From assembly GCA_947478395.1 (NCBI GenBank), contig CANJVR010000004.1, positions 64,001 through 128,000 of the forward strand: 64,000 nt of DNA, read 5' to 3'. Within the stretch, counting starts at the first letter, position 1. Each line of letters begins with the position of its first letter. The notes under the pieces were generated by a model. The model was not told where the DNA came from. It did no database searches and worked only from the letters and a program-made list of their open reading frames with translations. The position numbers and the translations under genes are program-made. This document shows, piece after piece, positions 8,987 through 18,637 of this stretch. This DNA is from Opitutia bacterium. Its GTDB lineage: Bacteria; Verrucomicrobiota; Verrucomicrobiia; Opitutales; Opitutaceae.

Positions 8987-9964
8987 ATGCCAGAAGCAGC
9001 TCAACCCGGCCCCGGCGGGAATAAAACATTTGTCGCTCTAGCAAAGCCATTTGCGCCAGAGGATGAAGTCGCGCTGCGCGAGGCGTTGAAGCGTTGTTCG
9101 CCGTCTGCGTTTGAATCCGCCGTGCAATATCGGAAAACCGGCAACCCGGAGCACGTTCCGGCGGTGGTGATCGGTATCATCGAGCGATTCGTCGAACCTG
9201 ACCTGAGGATGAAGCTGAAGGATGCGGACGACGATCTGCGCCTGATCGAGGATCTCGGCATCGATTCGCTGACCATGATGGAAATCGTGATCCTCGTCGA
9301 AGATGTGCTCCAGATGTCGATCAACAATGACGAGCTGCGCAATCTGCGCACCGTGGGCGACGTGAAGACGTTTATCGACTGCAAGATTCGTGGTCTCACG
9401 CTGCCGAAGCCCACCAAATTCCTCCCTATCGAACAGATTGTGGCCGTGATGCCGATTCAGCCCCCGTTCCTGTTCTTGAATGAAGCCTCCGTGAGTTCCA
9501 GCGGTGCTAACGGCAAATACAAGATTTCCGGCCAGGAGTTTTTCCTGCAGGGTCACTTCAAGGATAACCCCGTGCTGCCCGCGTCGATCATGCTGGAAGC
9601 GTTGGGCCAGCTGGCGGTTTTGTATTTGCTTGAGGGCGCCGCGCCGGAACCAGGCAAGGTGATCAGTGCGTCGCTGATTTATTTTACGGGCTGCGAGGGC
9701 GTTCGGGCCCACCGCAAATGTGTACCGGGTGATATTCTTACTTTGTCGATTAAGCCGAAGCGTATGAAGATGCCCCTCGCGACGTTTGAGGGTATGATTC
9801 GAGTGGGGCAGGAGAAGGCCGCGATCGCGGAAGAAATCACGCTCACCTTCGGCTATGCCGAAGCGGCGATGCCGCCGCCAGCTGCGATCAAGGGCCACGA
9901 CACCCCTGCTTCCGTGCAGGGCGATTCCAGGCCTGCTCCCTTGCGGGTGGCGTTGAAGGCCTGA
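8987..9964 (+). CDS. Acyl carrier protein fused to a FabZ/FabA-like 3-hydroxyacyl-ACP dehydratase
   Basis: ACP motif EDLGIDSLTMMEIV followed by hot-dog motif PIQPPFLFL...FFLQGHFKDNPVLPASIMLEALGQ in one 325-aa frame. Confidence 0.85.
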   Translation: MPEAAQPGPGGNKTFVALAKPFAPEDEVALREALKRCSPSAFESAVQYRKTGNPEHVPAVVIGIIERFVEPDLRMKLKDADDDLRLIEDLGIDSLTMMEIVILVEDVLQMSINNDELRNLRTVGDVKTFIDCKIRGLTLPKPTKFLPIEQIVAVMPIQPPFLFLNEASVSSSGANGKYKISGQEFFLQGHFKDNPVLPASIMLEALGQLAVLYLLEGAAPEPGKVISASLIYFTGCEGVRAHRKCVPGDILTLSIKPKRMKMPLATFEGMIRVGQEKAAIAEEITLTFGYAEAAMPPPAAIKGHDTPASVQGDSRPAPLRVALKA

Positions 9965-10165
9965 CGCTGCCGGGCGTTGGTTCGTTATTTTGGAGGGGAT
10001 ATCCCTCCCGTCTCCCCCGGATTCACCCCCGTCTGCGTCGCATTAATACCGTAGCGGGCCCGAATCTCTCGCGTTGACCGGGGTGGTTGGAGTGCCGATG
10101 GTGCAGCGAAATTTCCTGACACGGATGGCGTTCCCTTGCTCTTCCGTTGTCCTACCTTGTACCGC

Positions 10166-11425
10166 ATGCCCAGAGTTTTTATCACCGGCCTTGGTTTCAT
10201 CACCAGCATTGGCAACGATGGCGAAACCGTCACCCGCAACTTGTGCGAATTGCGTCACGGCATTGAACTTTACCCGCCGTTTCAATCCGAAGAAGTGCCC
10301 GTCAAGGTCGCGGCGCCCGTGCGCGGTTTTTCCACCGACTCCGCTGATCCCGAGGACTGGACGTTTCCCCCCGGCTACAACATCCGCCGAGAGGTGTTGA
10401 GGGGCATGGCACCGCACGGGGTGTACGCGTGGTGCGCGATGCAGCAGGCGATCAGGGATGCGAAGTTGAACGACGTCGATGTTTCCAATCGCGATACCGG
10501 CCTCTACGCCGCCTCCGGCGGGTCGCCTTTCCTCATGGGGCACATGCTCGACCGGATGCACCATCAGGGCGTGATGCGCTGCTCGCCGCTCGGCATCGTG
10601 GCTTCCATTTCCGGTACCGTGCAGTTCAACTTGGTCGCCCATTTCAAAATCAAAGGCTCGTCCTGCGGCTTCGCCTCGGCGTGTGCGTCGTCGTCCCACG
10701 CCTTGGGCTTCGCCTATGACGACCTCGTCTTGGGCCGTCAGAAACGCATGTTCGTGGTCGGTGGGGAAGACGGTAACATGGACGCAATTCTGCCGTTTGC
10801 CTCGATGCGCGCCCTCTCGCTTTCCACCAACCCGGATACCGCTTCGCGTCCGTTCGACACGGGCCGTGACGGGTTTGTGGGCACCGGCGGCGGCGTGGTG
10901 CTGGTGCTCGAGACCGAAGATGAAGTCGCCCGTCGCGGCGTGAAACCTTACTGCGAAGTTGTTGGCTGGGGGCAGGCCTCCGACGGACATAACGTAGCGA
11001 TCTCGCATCCTGAGGGCCACGGGCTGCGCGCCGCCATGCTCAACGCGCTCAAGGCGACGGGCACGGCTCCAGAATCGGTTGGCTACGTGAACGCGCACGC
11101 CACCTCGACGCCGATCGGCGACGCCTCCGAAGTCCAGGCGCTGAAGTCCGTTTTTCCAGGGCCGTCGCGGCCAGCTGTTAGCAGTACAAAAGCCCTGACC
11201 GGTCACGGACTGTCGCTCGCCGGCGCGATGGAGAGCGCGTTTTGTGCGCTGGCGCTGCGCGATGGATTCATCCCGGGCTCGGCTAATATTGCCCAGCTCG
11301 ATCCGGTTTGCGATGGGCTGAATATTCCCCGCTCCACGCTGCCCGTGCAGCCACGGGTCGTGATGAATAATGTGAGTGGCTTTGGCGGCGCCAACGTGAG
11401 TCTGATTTTTCGGCAGGCTTCCTAA
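10166..11425 (+). CDS. Beta-ketoacyl-ACP synthase (FabB/FabF family)
   Basis: RVFITGLG, SACASS (Cys), SRPFD, NAHATST (His), KALTGHGL (His) and GFGGAN; start at ATG 10166. Confidence 0.92.
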   Translation: MPRVFITGLGFITSIGNDGETVTRNLCELRHGIELYPPFQSEEVPVKVAAPVRGFSTDSADPEDWTFPPGYNIRREVLRGMAPHGVYAWCAMQQAIRDAKLNDVDVSNRDTGLYAASGGSPFLMGHMLDRMHHQGVMRCSPLGIVASISGTVQFNLVAHFKIKGSSCGFASACASSSHALGFAYDDLVLGRQKRMFVVGGEDGNMDAILPFASMRALSLSTNPDTASRPFDTGRDGFVGTGGGVVLVLETEDEVARRGVKPYCEVVGWGQASDGHNVAISHPEGHGLRAAMLNALKATGTAPESVGYVNAHATSTPIGDASEVQALKSVFPGPSRPAVSSTKALTGHGLSLAGAMESAFCALALRDGFIPGSANIAQLDPVCDGLNIPRSTLPVQPRVVMNNVSGFGGANVSLIFRQAS

Positions 11426-11426
11426 C

Positions 11427-12263
11427 GTGGCTGCTCCCCGTCTCTCCGCGCATTATCGTACCGCCTTTATCACCGGTGCGAGCACCGGTCTGGGGCGCGC
11501 GTTCGCCGAGATGTTGCTGGCCGAGGGCGTGCGCGTGTGGGGCACTTCTCGCGATCTCAGCCGGCTTGAACCGATTGAAAAGGCGTACCGGGAAAATTTT
11601 TTCGCGGTCGCTTTGGATCTGCGCGATGGCGCGAAAGCGGAAGCGGTTTTTGCCGCGGCCGACGCCGCTGCGGGCGGTTTCGATCTGGTGATCAACAATG
11701 CTGGCTACGGAGTGTATGCTGATTTTGGACGGGCCGATTTCTCAGAGTGGCGCGAGCAACTCGAGGTGATGCTGCTGAACCCGGCACGACTCACGCACGC
11801 CGCCTTGCGCGGCATGCGTGCGAGAAATCGCGGCGCACTGGTCAACGTGTCCTCCCTCGCAGTCGAATTCCCCCTGCCATTCCAGAGCGCTTACAACATG
11901 GCCAAGTCGGGGCTCTCGGCGCTCAACGAGAGTCTCATGCTCGAACTCGCTGGGAGCGGAGTAATCGTGATCGATCTGCGGCCGGGCGATTATCGCACCG
12001 ATTTTGAGGGCTCGGTCCGGCGTCCGACCGACGAGAACTCGAGCCGCATGGCCCGCGGTTGGAAGGCGTTTGAACGCATGATGCGCTCGGGTCCTTCGCC
12101 CACGCACGCCGCCGACGCGTTGCGTCGGGCGCTGCAGCGCGGGCGCAGCGACACGGTGCGTTGCGGCCGGTTCTTTCAGGCGGTGATCGCGCCTTTCATC
12201 GCACGCATTGGATCGCTGCGTTTGCGACGGGCGATTCAGGCGCGGTACTTCGACGTAGTATGA
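11427..12263 (+). CDS. SDR family oxidoreductase
   Basis: TGASTGLG, INNAG, NVSS and YNMAK; starts 1 bp after the ketosynthase stop. Confidence 0.9.
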   Translation: MAAPRLSAHYRTAFITGASTGLGRAFAEMLLAEGVRVWGTSRDLSRLEPIEKAYRENFFAVALDLRDGAKAEAVFAAADAAAGGFDLVINNAGYGVYADFGRADFSEWREQLEVMLLNPARLTHAALRGMRARNRGALVNVSSLAVEFPLPFQSAYNMAKSGLSALNESLMLELAGSGVIVIDLRPGDYRTDFEGSVRRPTDENSSRMARGWKAFERMMRSGPSPTHAADALRRALQRGRSDTVRCGRFFQAVIAPFIARIGSLRLRRAIQARYFDVV

Positions 12264-12338
12264 GAGCACCGTTTCCTGCAAAATCCCTCGCGGTGAACCG
12301 CGGATCGGTTTGGAGTTAGTTTCTCTGCCTTTCGTTTC

Positions 12339-13574
12339 ATGTCGAAAATCCGCATTTTGATTCTCACTTCCAGCACCGGCGGCGGTCACGATGCCCGCGC
12401 GGAGGCTTTTGCGGAGTGGTGCTTTCAACTTTACCGGCACGAGGTCGACGTGCGGATCGAGCAGATGCTTGAAAAATCCTCGGCGGTGAACCGGGCGGGC
12501 GTGAATTTCTATAACCGGATCCAGCGCGCCGCCCCATGGGTCCACAAGGGATTCTACGCCTTCGTCGAATTACTCAGTTATCTGAACCAGCGCGATGTCA
12601 CCTTTGGTCGCAGTTTTTATCTCGATGTGTTGAAGGAGTACCGGCCCCACCTCATCCTGAGCGTGCACGATTGCTTGAATCGCGGGTACTTTCAGCTGGC
12701 CCGTGAAGCACTCGGGGCCGAGAAGGTGCGCTGCGTGACTTATTGCGGCGAGTTCTCTGGCGGCTGGGGCTACTCGCGCAACTGGATCGAACCAACGGTT
12801 GATCTTTATTTTTCGCGCACACCCACTGCTCGCGACTACGCGATAAAGAAGGGCATTCCGGCGGAAAAGTCGCGGGTGCGCGGGCATCTGATGTCGCCCC
12901 GCGCGCTGATCGAAGTGATTTCGCCCGGTGAGCGGGGCGCGTTTCGCGAGAAACGTCTCGGCCTCCGGCCCGACCTCTTCACCGTCTTTCTCGCCACGGG
13001 TAGCAATGGGGCTAACCACCACATGGAATTGCTGCCGACGTTGGTGAAATACGCGGACCGCGTGCAGGCCATCGTCATCTGCGGCCGCAACAAGGAGACG
13101 TACAACGAACTCCTCCACTGGCGCGCCAACCACCCGGAGTTCAATTGTTACCTCGAGGGTTACTCTGATGTGGTGCACCTCCTGATGCAGGCGAGCGATG
13201 CGATCGTGACGCGTGGTGGTACGACGACGTGTGCGAAGGCGTTGCATTTCTGCTGCCCGATTATTTTCAACGCGTTCCAAGGTATCATGCCGCAAGAGGA
13301 GCTCACTTGGAAATTTTTTCATAACGGCGCCGCCTCGGAGAAAATCGAGAGCGTCACGGATTTCACCCGGATCATCGATTCGTGGATGACGGACCCGTCG
13401 ACCTATGACGTGGTAAAGAAAAATTTTCTCAATCTGCGCTACGAGGAGGATCCGACCCTGCTCATCGACGAAGTGATCAATCTAGCAAACGAAGTCGCTC
13501 TAGCGAAATTGAAACGCCGGGTCTTTCCGCCCGTGGCGAACGGCACCGCGAACGGCGTCAAGTTTCTCGGGTGA
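12339..13574 (+). CDS. MGDG synthase/UgtP-like diacylglycerol glycosyltransferase (GT28-type)
   Basis: ILTSSTGGGHDARA, VICGRN, LMQASDAIVTRGG and PQEE. Confidence 0.75.
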   Translation: MSKIRILILTSSTGGGHDARAEAFAEWCFQLYRHEVDVRIEQMLEKSSAVNRAGVNFYNRIQRAAPWVHKGFYAFVELLSYLNQRDVTFGRSFYLDVLKEYRPHLILSVHDCLNRGYFQLAREALGAEKVRCVTYCGEFSGGWGYSRNWIEPTVDLYFSRTPTARDYAIKKGIPAEKSRVRGHLMSPRALIEVISPGERGAFREKRLGLRPDLFTVFLATGSNGANHHMELLPTLVKYADRVQAIVICGRNKETYNELLHWRANHPEFNCYLEGYSDVVHLLMQASDAIVTRGGTTTCAKALHFCCPIIFNAFQGIMPQEELTWKFFHNGAASEKIESVTDFTRIIDSWMTDPSTYDVVKKNFLNLRYEEDPTLLIDEVINLANEVALAKLKRRVFPPVANGTANGVKFLG

Positions 13575-13742
13575 GCGGGTGGGGCGCGGTCTGATCGGCG
13601 TCGAGTTCCGCTCAAATCGGATCGATCGCCGCGCCCAATTTTCCCGGTGCCTCAGGTCGAGGGTGAGCTGATAACATCGGAGCGCGAGGTCGGGGTCGAA
13701 GCGATCGCTGTCGGCCCGCCCTGCGTTTTCCCGTGTTGTTAA

Positions 13743-16700
13743 CTATGGCAAACGCACGACGTCGTTCAAAGCGGTGATTTCATCGAGGCCCGCGCCGGGC
13801 TCGATCTCGATGGTGCCACCCGCGAAGTTGGCTCCGGCGGGAAGCGTGAGCGTGATGGACGCTGACTTCGGTTGCAGATCGAGCGGAGCCGCGAGGGCCG
13901 GAGTCGAGACCCGGGCGAGAATCTCACCTTGGCGGGACTTGGCGACAACGTGGGCGGCTGGCGCGGTTGCCGCGCCCACGTTGTGGACCTTCACCGCAAT
14001 TTCGCGGTCGCGAACGACGACATCCTCCGGATCGATGCCCAAGTCGGGACGCTGCCAGTAGGGCGTACCGGCGGCTTTGAGTTGGAAGGTGAAGATGGTC
14101 GTCTTCCGGGGCGCGAGGATCAGGTCGACCGAGCGGGAGCGCTCCAGCGGGAGGGTGCGTGCGGTGACAGCATCGTCCGCGATATCGTCGTTGTTGGTGT
14201 CGACCCCCTCGGTGAGTTCCCAAATACCAGGATCGATGTTCCACCCCGTCATCGTGGCTCGGACGGCGGTCGTTTCGAGATTGTACGCGATGACTTTGAA
14301 ATGAGCCGCGGTTGCATCGGGGATCAGGAGCGCGACGCTTTTGGCGTTGGCGGGGGCGGCGAATTTCCAGCTGACGGCATGGCCGGGATAGAGGGCGTTG
14401 CGCGCCAAGGCGACGCCGCCGAGACGCGCGCGCTGGAGTTCGGCCGTCGGTGCGCTGACGCGGTCAATCCACAGGCTGCCCTCGGTGTTGATGTATTCGA
14501 GTTGGGCGCACTCCTCTATTTGCGTGGCGTAAAGTTTCTCGAGCTGGGCTTTGTCGCCGCCGAGTTGCCAGGCGAAGTGCGTGAGCGACGACGTGCGGCC
14601 GCTGGCGCTGGGGGAGGGAACTCGACCGTCGGGCCGGCGCGTTTCCGTGGGCGATGCGGTCTCGCCGGCGAGCAGGCGCGCGCCCCAGTCTTTGCGCAGA
14701 TCGAGCAAGTCGAGCACGTTCGCGTTCACGGCGGCAAGCGAGCCGAGTCCGCCGTCGGTAAGCGGCGTGAGGTAGTGGCGGTCGCCGGTCCATTTCCAGG
14801 CGCCCCAAAACACGTGCCAGGGAAAATAGCCGCGTGTGGTTTCGACTTCCCGATCGTCGCCGAAGCGAATCGCGCTCGGCGCCCACGGTCCGGTGGAGCC
14901 GGGCGCACGATGGGCGAGCAAGCCATCGGCGAGCTCGAGCATGTATTTCTTGGCCACGGGGCTGCCGTTGTAGTCGACGAGCAGCTGGCCGGGTTGCAGG
15001 ACGAGGAATGAATAAGGTTTCGTCCGGCCCCACGGCTCTTCCTCGGCGATTCTCGTGCCGCTGTAGTACGACGAGCGGAAATGACGGTGACCGGCGGCAT
15101 TAACGCCGGTGACCGTTTCGACGCCGCGGGCGGTTTCCATCGTGCGCTCGAGCTGGCGGGGGCTGCCGAATTCGAGGAGCAGATTTTGCGCGAGGCAGTT
15201 GATGCCTTCCTCGTAGCTGTGAAGTTCGTCGGCCTGAATGGTCGGCAGACCGCGGGTGAACATCCCGTTTTTGAACGCGGCTTCAAGAAGCGCGTGCAGC
15301 GAGGCCCGAATTTTTTCCGGCTCGGCGCCCATGAGCGCGAGCCCGGGCCAGAGGTTGGTGAGGTCGACATCGTCGGAGATGCCGCCGCCAAAATCGCCGA
15401 AGGCCGACTGGCGGTGATCGATGTACCAGGTGACGAATTTTTCCACGCGACGCAGCAACTCGGTCTGGCGAAACGCCCAGAGCGGCACGCCGGCCGGCGC
15501 GGCGGGTTGGTTGAATTCGGGCCGTGCGGCGGGTACGCCGGCGGCGAGGGCGTATTTGAGGCCGAGCTCGTGGGTGGGATTGACGCGAAGCAGGTCGTTG
15601 AGGTCGGCCTCGAAGCGGACCCAGAGGGCCAGCTTCGGACTTTTCGGATGTTCCTCCACGAGCATCGCGTAGCTGTCGCGGGCTTGAGTGAAACGATCGA
15701 GTTCGTGTTCCGCGCGGGCGGCTTCACGCGGTTTGAAGACGAGACGGAGTTTTGCGCCGTCGAGCGAGGCTTCGCCAAAACCTTCTCCCGCGCCGGCCAG
15801 CGTGAGGTAAAGCGGTTTGCCGGCGGGCAGCAGGCGATCGCGCAAGTCGAGCCAAAGCGTTTTGGCTTCGCCCGGCTTCACGCTGAAAGTGAAGTCCATG
15901 AGGTTGCGCAGCGGCCAGAGCGGATCCTTGACCTGGATATTAATGGGGAAAAGTGCGCCGTGCGTGGCCTTCACGGGCTGGGCCGGAAGATCGATCGCGA
16001 TGCCATCGAGACCATCAGAAAGATGGTCCCAAGAATTGGGTACGATGACGTGCACGAGGGGAAGCGAACCGGTCGTGCGATGTGCGCCCGCCAAGGGCTG
16101 CGCGTTGGCGTAGAGTGTTCCGCGCTCGTACTCGGGATAGCGGTCATGGATGAATTTCTCCAGGCCACGCACGGCGGGGTCGTCGGGCCGAGCCGTCGCC
16201 AGCTGAAGTTGGAACGCGAGGACCTTGCTGCCCGCCGGTTCACGTCCGGCGGTGACGTTGTAAATGGAAAGTTCGTCGATGGGCTGCTCTTGGTTGGTGT
16301 TCGTGAAGCGAATTTGGCGGCCGGTGATGGACCGCGGAAGAATGTGGGTGGTTTTTTCCTGACCTTGCGGGCGGTTGAAGAGGGTCGATTCCGCTTTAGC
16401 TTCACTTGCGGTTTCGAGGCCGGTTCCGGCGGGTAGCAGCTCCATTTTTCCGAAAGCGGAGCCGGCGATTTCGACGTGGTTCCACGGTTCGGACGGCAGG
16501 CCGAAGGTGATGGCTTTGCCCGAGTCGACGTAGCAATCCCAGTCCGGGAGCGTGAAATAATCGAGGCGACCCGGCAGCCGTGAACGGTTGTACACGCCGG
16601 GCCACGTGGTTTCGCGGATGCCGTCGTTCGCCTTCCACCACCAGCGCTTCAAATCATAGGCGTCGGTGATTTCAACTTTGCGGACGGTGATGGCGGTTCC

Positions 16701-17633
16701 GGAATAGTCGGGCGGGGGGGAGTCAGAGCGATTCCAGCCGTAGCGTTGCAGCCAATCGGCCCGCGTACGGGCATCGGCGAGGGTGCGCACGAATGGCAAG
16801 TCGCCGTCCTTGATACTTTGGGCTGCAAAACGGGCTTGGGCAGTGTCGTCGCCAAACGCCATGTCGTCGCTGCCAGCGGGCTGGCCTAGGGCGAGCTTCG
16901 TCACGCCCTTCGCTTCGAGCATGCGGTCGTAGATGCGGATTTCGTCGATGTCTCCGCCGCGGACGAAATTATAGTCACTCTGCACATTGTGCGGACTGAT
17001 GATACGGGAGTGCGGACCGAATTGGTCGAGCGCGGCATCATAGACGGCGGTCGTCTCCTTCGTGGCGGCAAGTTTGCCGTTCACATAAAAACGAAGGCCG
17101 CGGGTCTCGTCCCACGCGAGCGCGAGGTGCGTCCACTCGTTCGGCTTGGGGAACGGCTTCAATTCCACCGATACGCGGGTGCGGGCGAGGTTGATGTCGG
17201 TAACAAAGGCATCGAAACCGTGGCCGTTGTAGTCGATGCGCAGCCAGGCCATGTCCCAGCTTGAATGGTCGGCGTAGCCGACGCGAAAGACGGGAAATTC
17301 CGTGGGTCCGACCGGGTAGCGCGAACGCCAGAAAAAGGAGAGCGTACCGCGTTGAGCGTAAATGTTACCGGGAGCCGACCAGGCGAGGCGTTGCAAATCT
17401 TCACAGCGCAGGGCGGCACCTTGGGCGCCGTCGGGGATGGTGGAAACGTCGTTGACGAAAGTCGGTGCCGCGGTACCGGGCGCGGCGATGTCGGCGGTCG
17501 TGCCGTGATCGGCCGAGAGATAAAAGAGGAGGCCGTTCGAGGGCGCAGGTGCGGCGGACACCGCGGCGGAAATCAGCGTGAATATGAACGCAGCGCGGCG
17601 GGCGCGCGCCGGGAAAAAGGCACGAGTGAACAT
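13743..17633 (-). CDS. Large exported protein: N-terminal LamG-like domain, uncharacterised central region, C-terminal CARDB-like Ig domain
   Basis: 1296 aa with signal peptide; WTHLALAWD..YVNG and GDIDEIRIYDRML (LamG); RPDLGI...VKVHNVG...DEITALNDVV (CARDB-like). Confidence 0.75.
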   Translation of the reverse strand: MFTRAFFPARARRAAFIFTLISAAVSAAPAPSNGLLFYLSADHGTTADIAAPGTAAPTFVNDVSTIPDGAQGAALRCEDLQRLAWSAPGNIYAQRGTLSFFWRSRYPVGPTEFPVFRVGYADHSSWDMAWLRIDYNGHGFDAFVTDINLARTRVSVELKPFPKPNEWTHLALAWDETRGLRFYVNGKLAATKETTAVYDAALDQFGPHSRIISPHNVQSDYNFVRGGDIDEIRIYDRMLEAKGVTKLALGQPAGSDDMAFGDDTAQARFAAQSIKDGDLPFVRTLADARTRADWLQRYGWNRSDSPPPDYSGTAITVRKVEITDAYDLKRWWWKANDGIRETTWPGVYNRSRLPGRLDYFTLPDWDCYVDSGKAITFGLPSEPWNHVEIAGSAFGKMELLPAGTGLETASEAKAESTLFNRPQGQEKTTHILPRSITGRQIRFTNTNQEQPIDELSIYNVTAGREPAGSKVLAFQLQLATARPDDPAVRGLEKFIHDRYPEYERGTLYANAQPLAGAHRTTGSLPLVHVIVPNSWDHLSDGLDGIAIDLPAQPVKATHGALFPINIQVKDPLWPLRNLMDFTFSVKPGEAKTLWLDLRDRLLPAGKPLYLTLAGAGEGFGEASLDGAKLRLVFKPREAARAEHELDRFTQARDSYAMLVEEHPKSPKLALWVRFEADLNDLLRVNPTHELGLKYALAAGVPAARPEFNQPAAPAGVPLWAFRQTELLRRVEKFVTWYIDHRQSAFGDFGGGISDDVDLTNLWPGLALMGAEPEKIRASLHALLEAAFKNGMFTRGLPTIQADELHSYEEGINCLAQNLLLEFGSPRQLERTMETARGVETVTGVNAAGHRHFRSSYYSGTRIAEEEPWGRTKPYSFLVLQPGQLLVDYNGSPVAKKYMLELADGLLAHRAPGSTGPWAPSAIRFGDDREVETTRGYFPWHVFWGAWKWTGDRHYLTPLTDGGLGSLAAVNANVLDLLDLRKDWGARLLAGETASPTETRRPDGRVPSPSASGRTSSLTHFAWQLGGDKAQLEKLYATQIEECAQLEYINTEGSLWIDRVSAPTAELQRARLGGVALARNALYPGHAVSWKFAAPANAKSVALLIPDATAAHFKVIAYNLETTAVRATMTGWNIDPGIWELTEGVDTNNDDIADDAVTARTLPLERSRSVDLILAPRKTTIFTFQLKAAGTPYWQRPDLGIDPEDVVVRDREIAVKVHNVGAATAPAAHVVAKSRQGEILARVSTPALAAPLDLQPKSASITLTLPAGANFAGGTIEIEPGAGLDEITALNDVVRLP

Positions 17634-17812
17634 GGGTAATAAAATCTGGTTAAGAAAACAGGGGCGCGACCGAGGGAAAATTCCGGTCGATGAAATTCCA
17701 ACGTTACCGTGATACCGAATACGAGGTTGGCTCTGCGTTCATTCCGATTCTGCGTCGGAGTTGGGTGCGTGTTGGCTCGGCGGGCTCGCGCGGCCGAGTC
17801 GGAAATCAAACC

Positions 17813-18508
17813 TCAGCGGGCGAGCTGGTCGAAAGGAAGTGCCACGGGGTGAATGCGAACTTCGCGAATCGCGCCTTTAAACCAAGAAACTTGATTGAGG
17901 CGAACGCCAATCGAAGTCTGGCCCGTGCTTGAAACCGACGTGAAGGCGACGTCACCGGAGAGTTCCGGTTTTCCGTCGACGAAGGAGGACATTTTTTTGC
18001 CGTCGTAGTGCAGGGTGACCCAGTGCCACTCATCCGCCGAGTGGAGCAGCTTCGGGTCGAGGAGCGCCAGACTGCTTTTCCCGCAGAATAAAAATGTATC
18101 GAGGGCCCATTTACCTTCTGGCGTGAGACGGATTTCCAGCAGACATCGGTTGCTTTCCGCGTCTTGGATGTGGAAGAAGCGCTGTTCGGCCGGGCCGTGA
18201 GAGTCGGGTTTGATGAGTAGTTGGATCGTGAATTGGGTGAGCCCCGAGAGTGGATTGACGGGAAGAATCAGCCCGTCGTGGGCGCCGTCGAAAGCGACCG
18301 CGGTGCGACCGCCTTCTTGAACCACTTTGGGTGAGCCGAGGACCGTGGTGGTATGGCCGCCAAGGTGGTCGGTGCGATCGAGCGGCCAGATGGTCGCAGC
18401 GGGTGCGGCGGCGCGAAGCGCCGGGCTGGCCAAGGAAAAAACCGCGGCGGAAGCAGCGAAAGCGAACCGGGCGACGATCGAATGACGGAGGGGATGGGTA
18501 AAAATCAC
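17813..18508 (-). CDS. Exported LamG/concanavalin A-like domain protein
   Basis: Signal peptide; FDG, WHWVTLHYDG..FVDG and FKGAIREVRI. Confidence 0.8.
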   Translation of the reverse strand: MIFTHPLRHSIVARFAFAASAAVFSLASPALRAAAPAATIWPLDRTDHLGGHTTTVLGSPKVVQEGGRTAVAFDGAHDGLILPVNPLSGLTQFTIQLLIKPDSHGPAEQRFFHIQDAESNRCLLEIRLTPEGKWALDTFLFCGKSSLALLDPKLLHSADEWHWVTLHYDGKKMSSFVDGKPELSGDVAFTSVSSTGQTSIGVRLNQVSWFKGAIREVRIHPVALPFDQLAR

Positions 18509-18582
18509 GGTGGGTAGGGCTGAAGTGAAAAGACGGATGGGCGGTATGAAAGTGAGGGAGTGAGACGATGGAAACGGAAAAT

Positions 18583-18609
18583 AAAAAGGCCCGCAGGTGA
18601 TGCGGGCCT
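18583..18609 (-). terminator. Intrinsic terminator after the TonB-dependent receptor
   Basis: Minus strand reads AGGCCCGCA-TCACC-TGCGGGCCT-TTTT. Confidence 0.75.
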
Positions 18610-18637
18610 CGATGATTTTTGCTGGTGCGTCAGGCGA

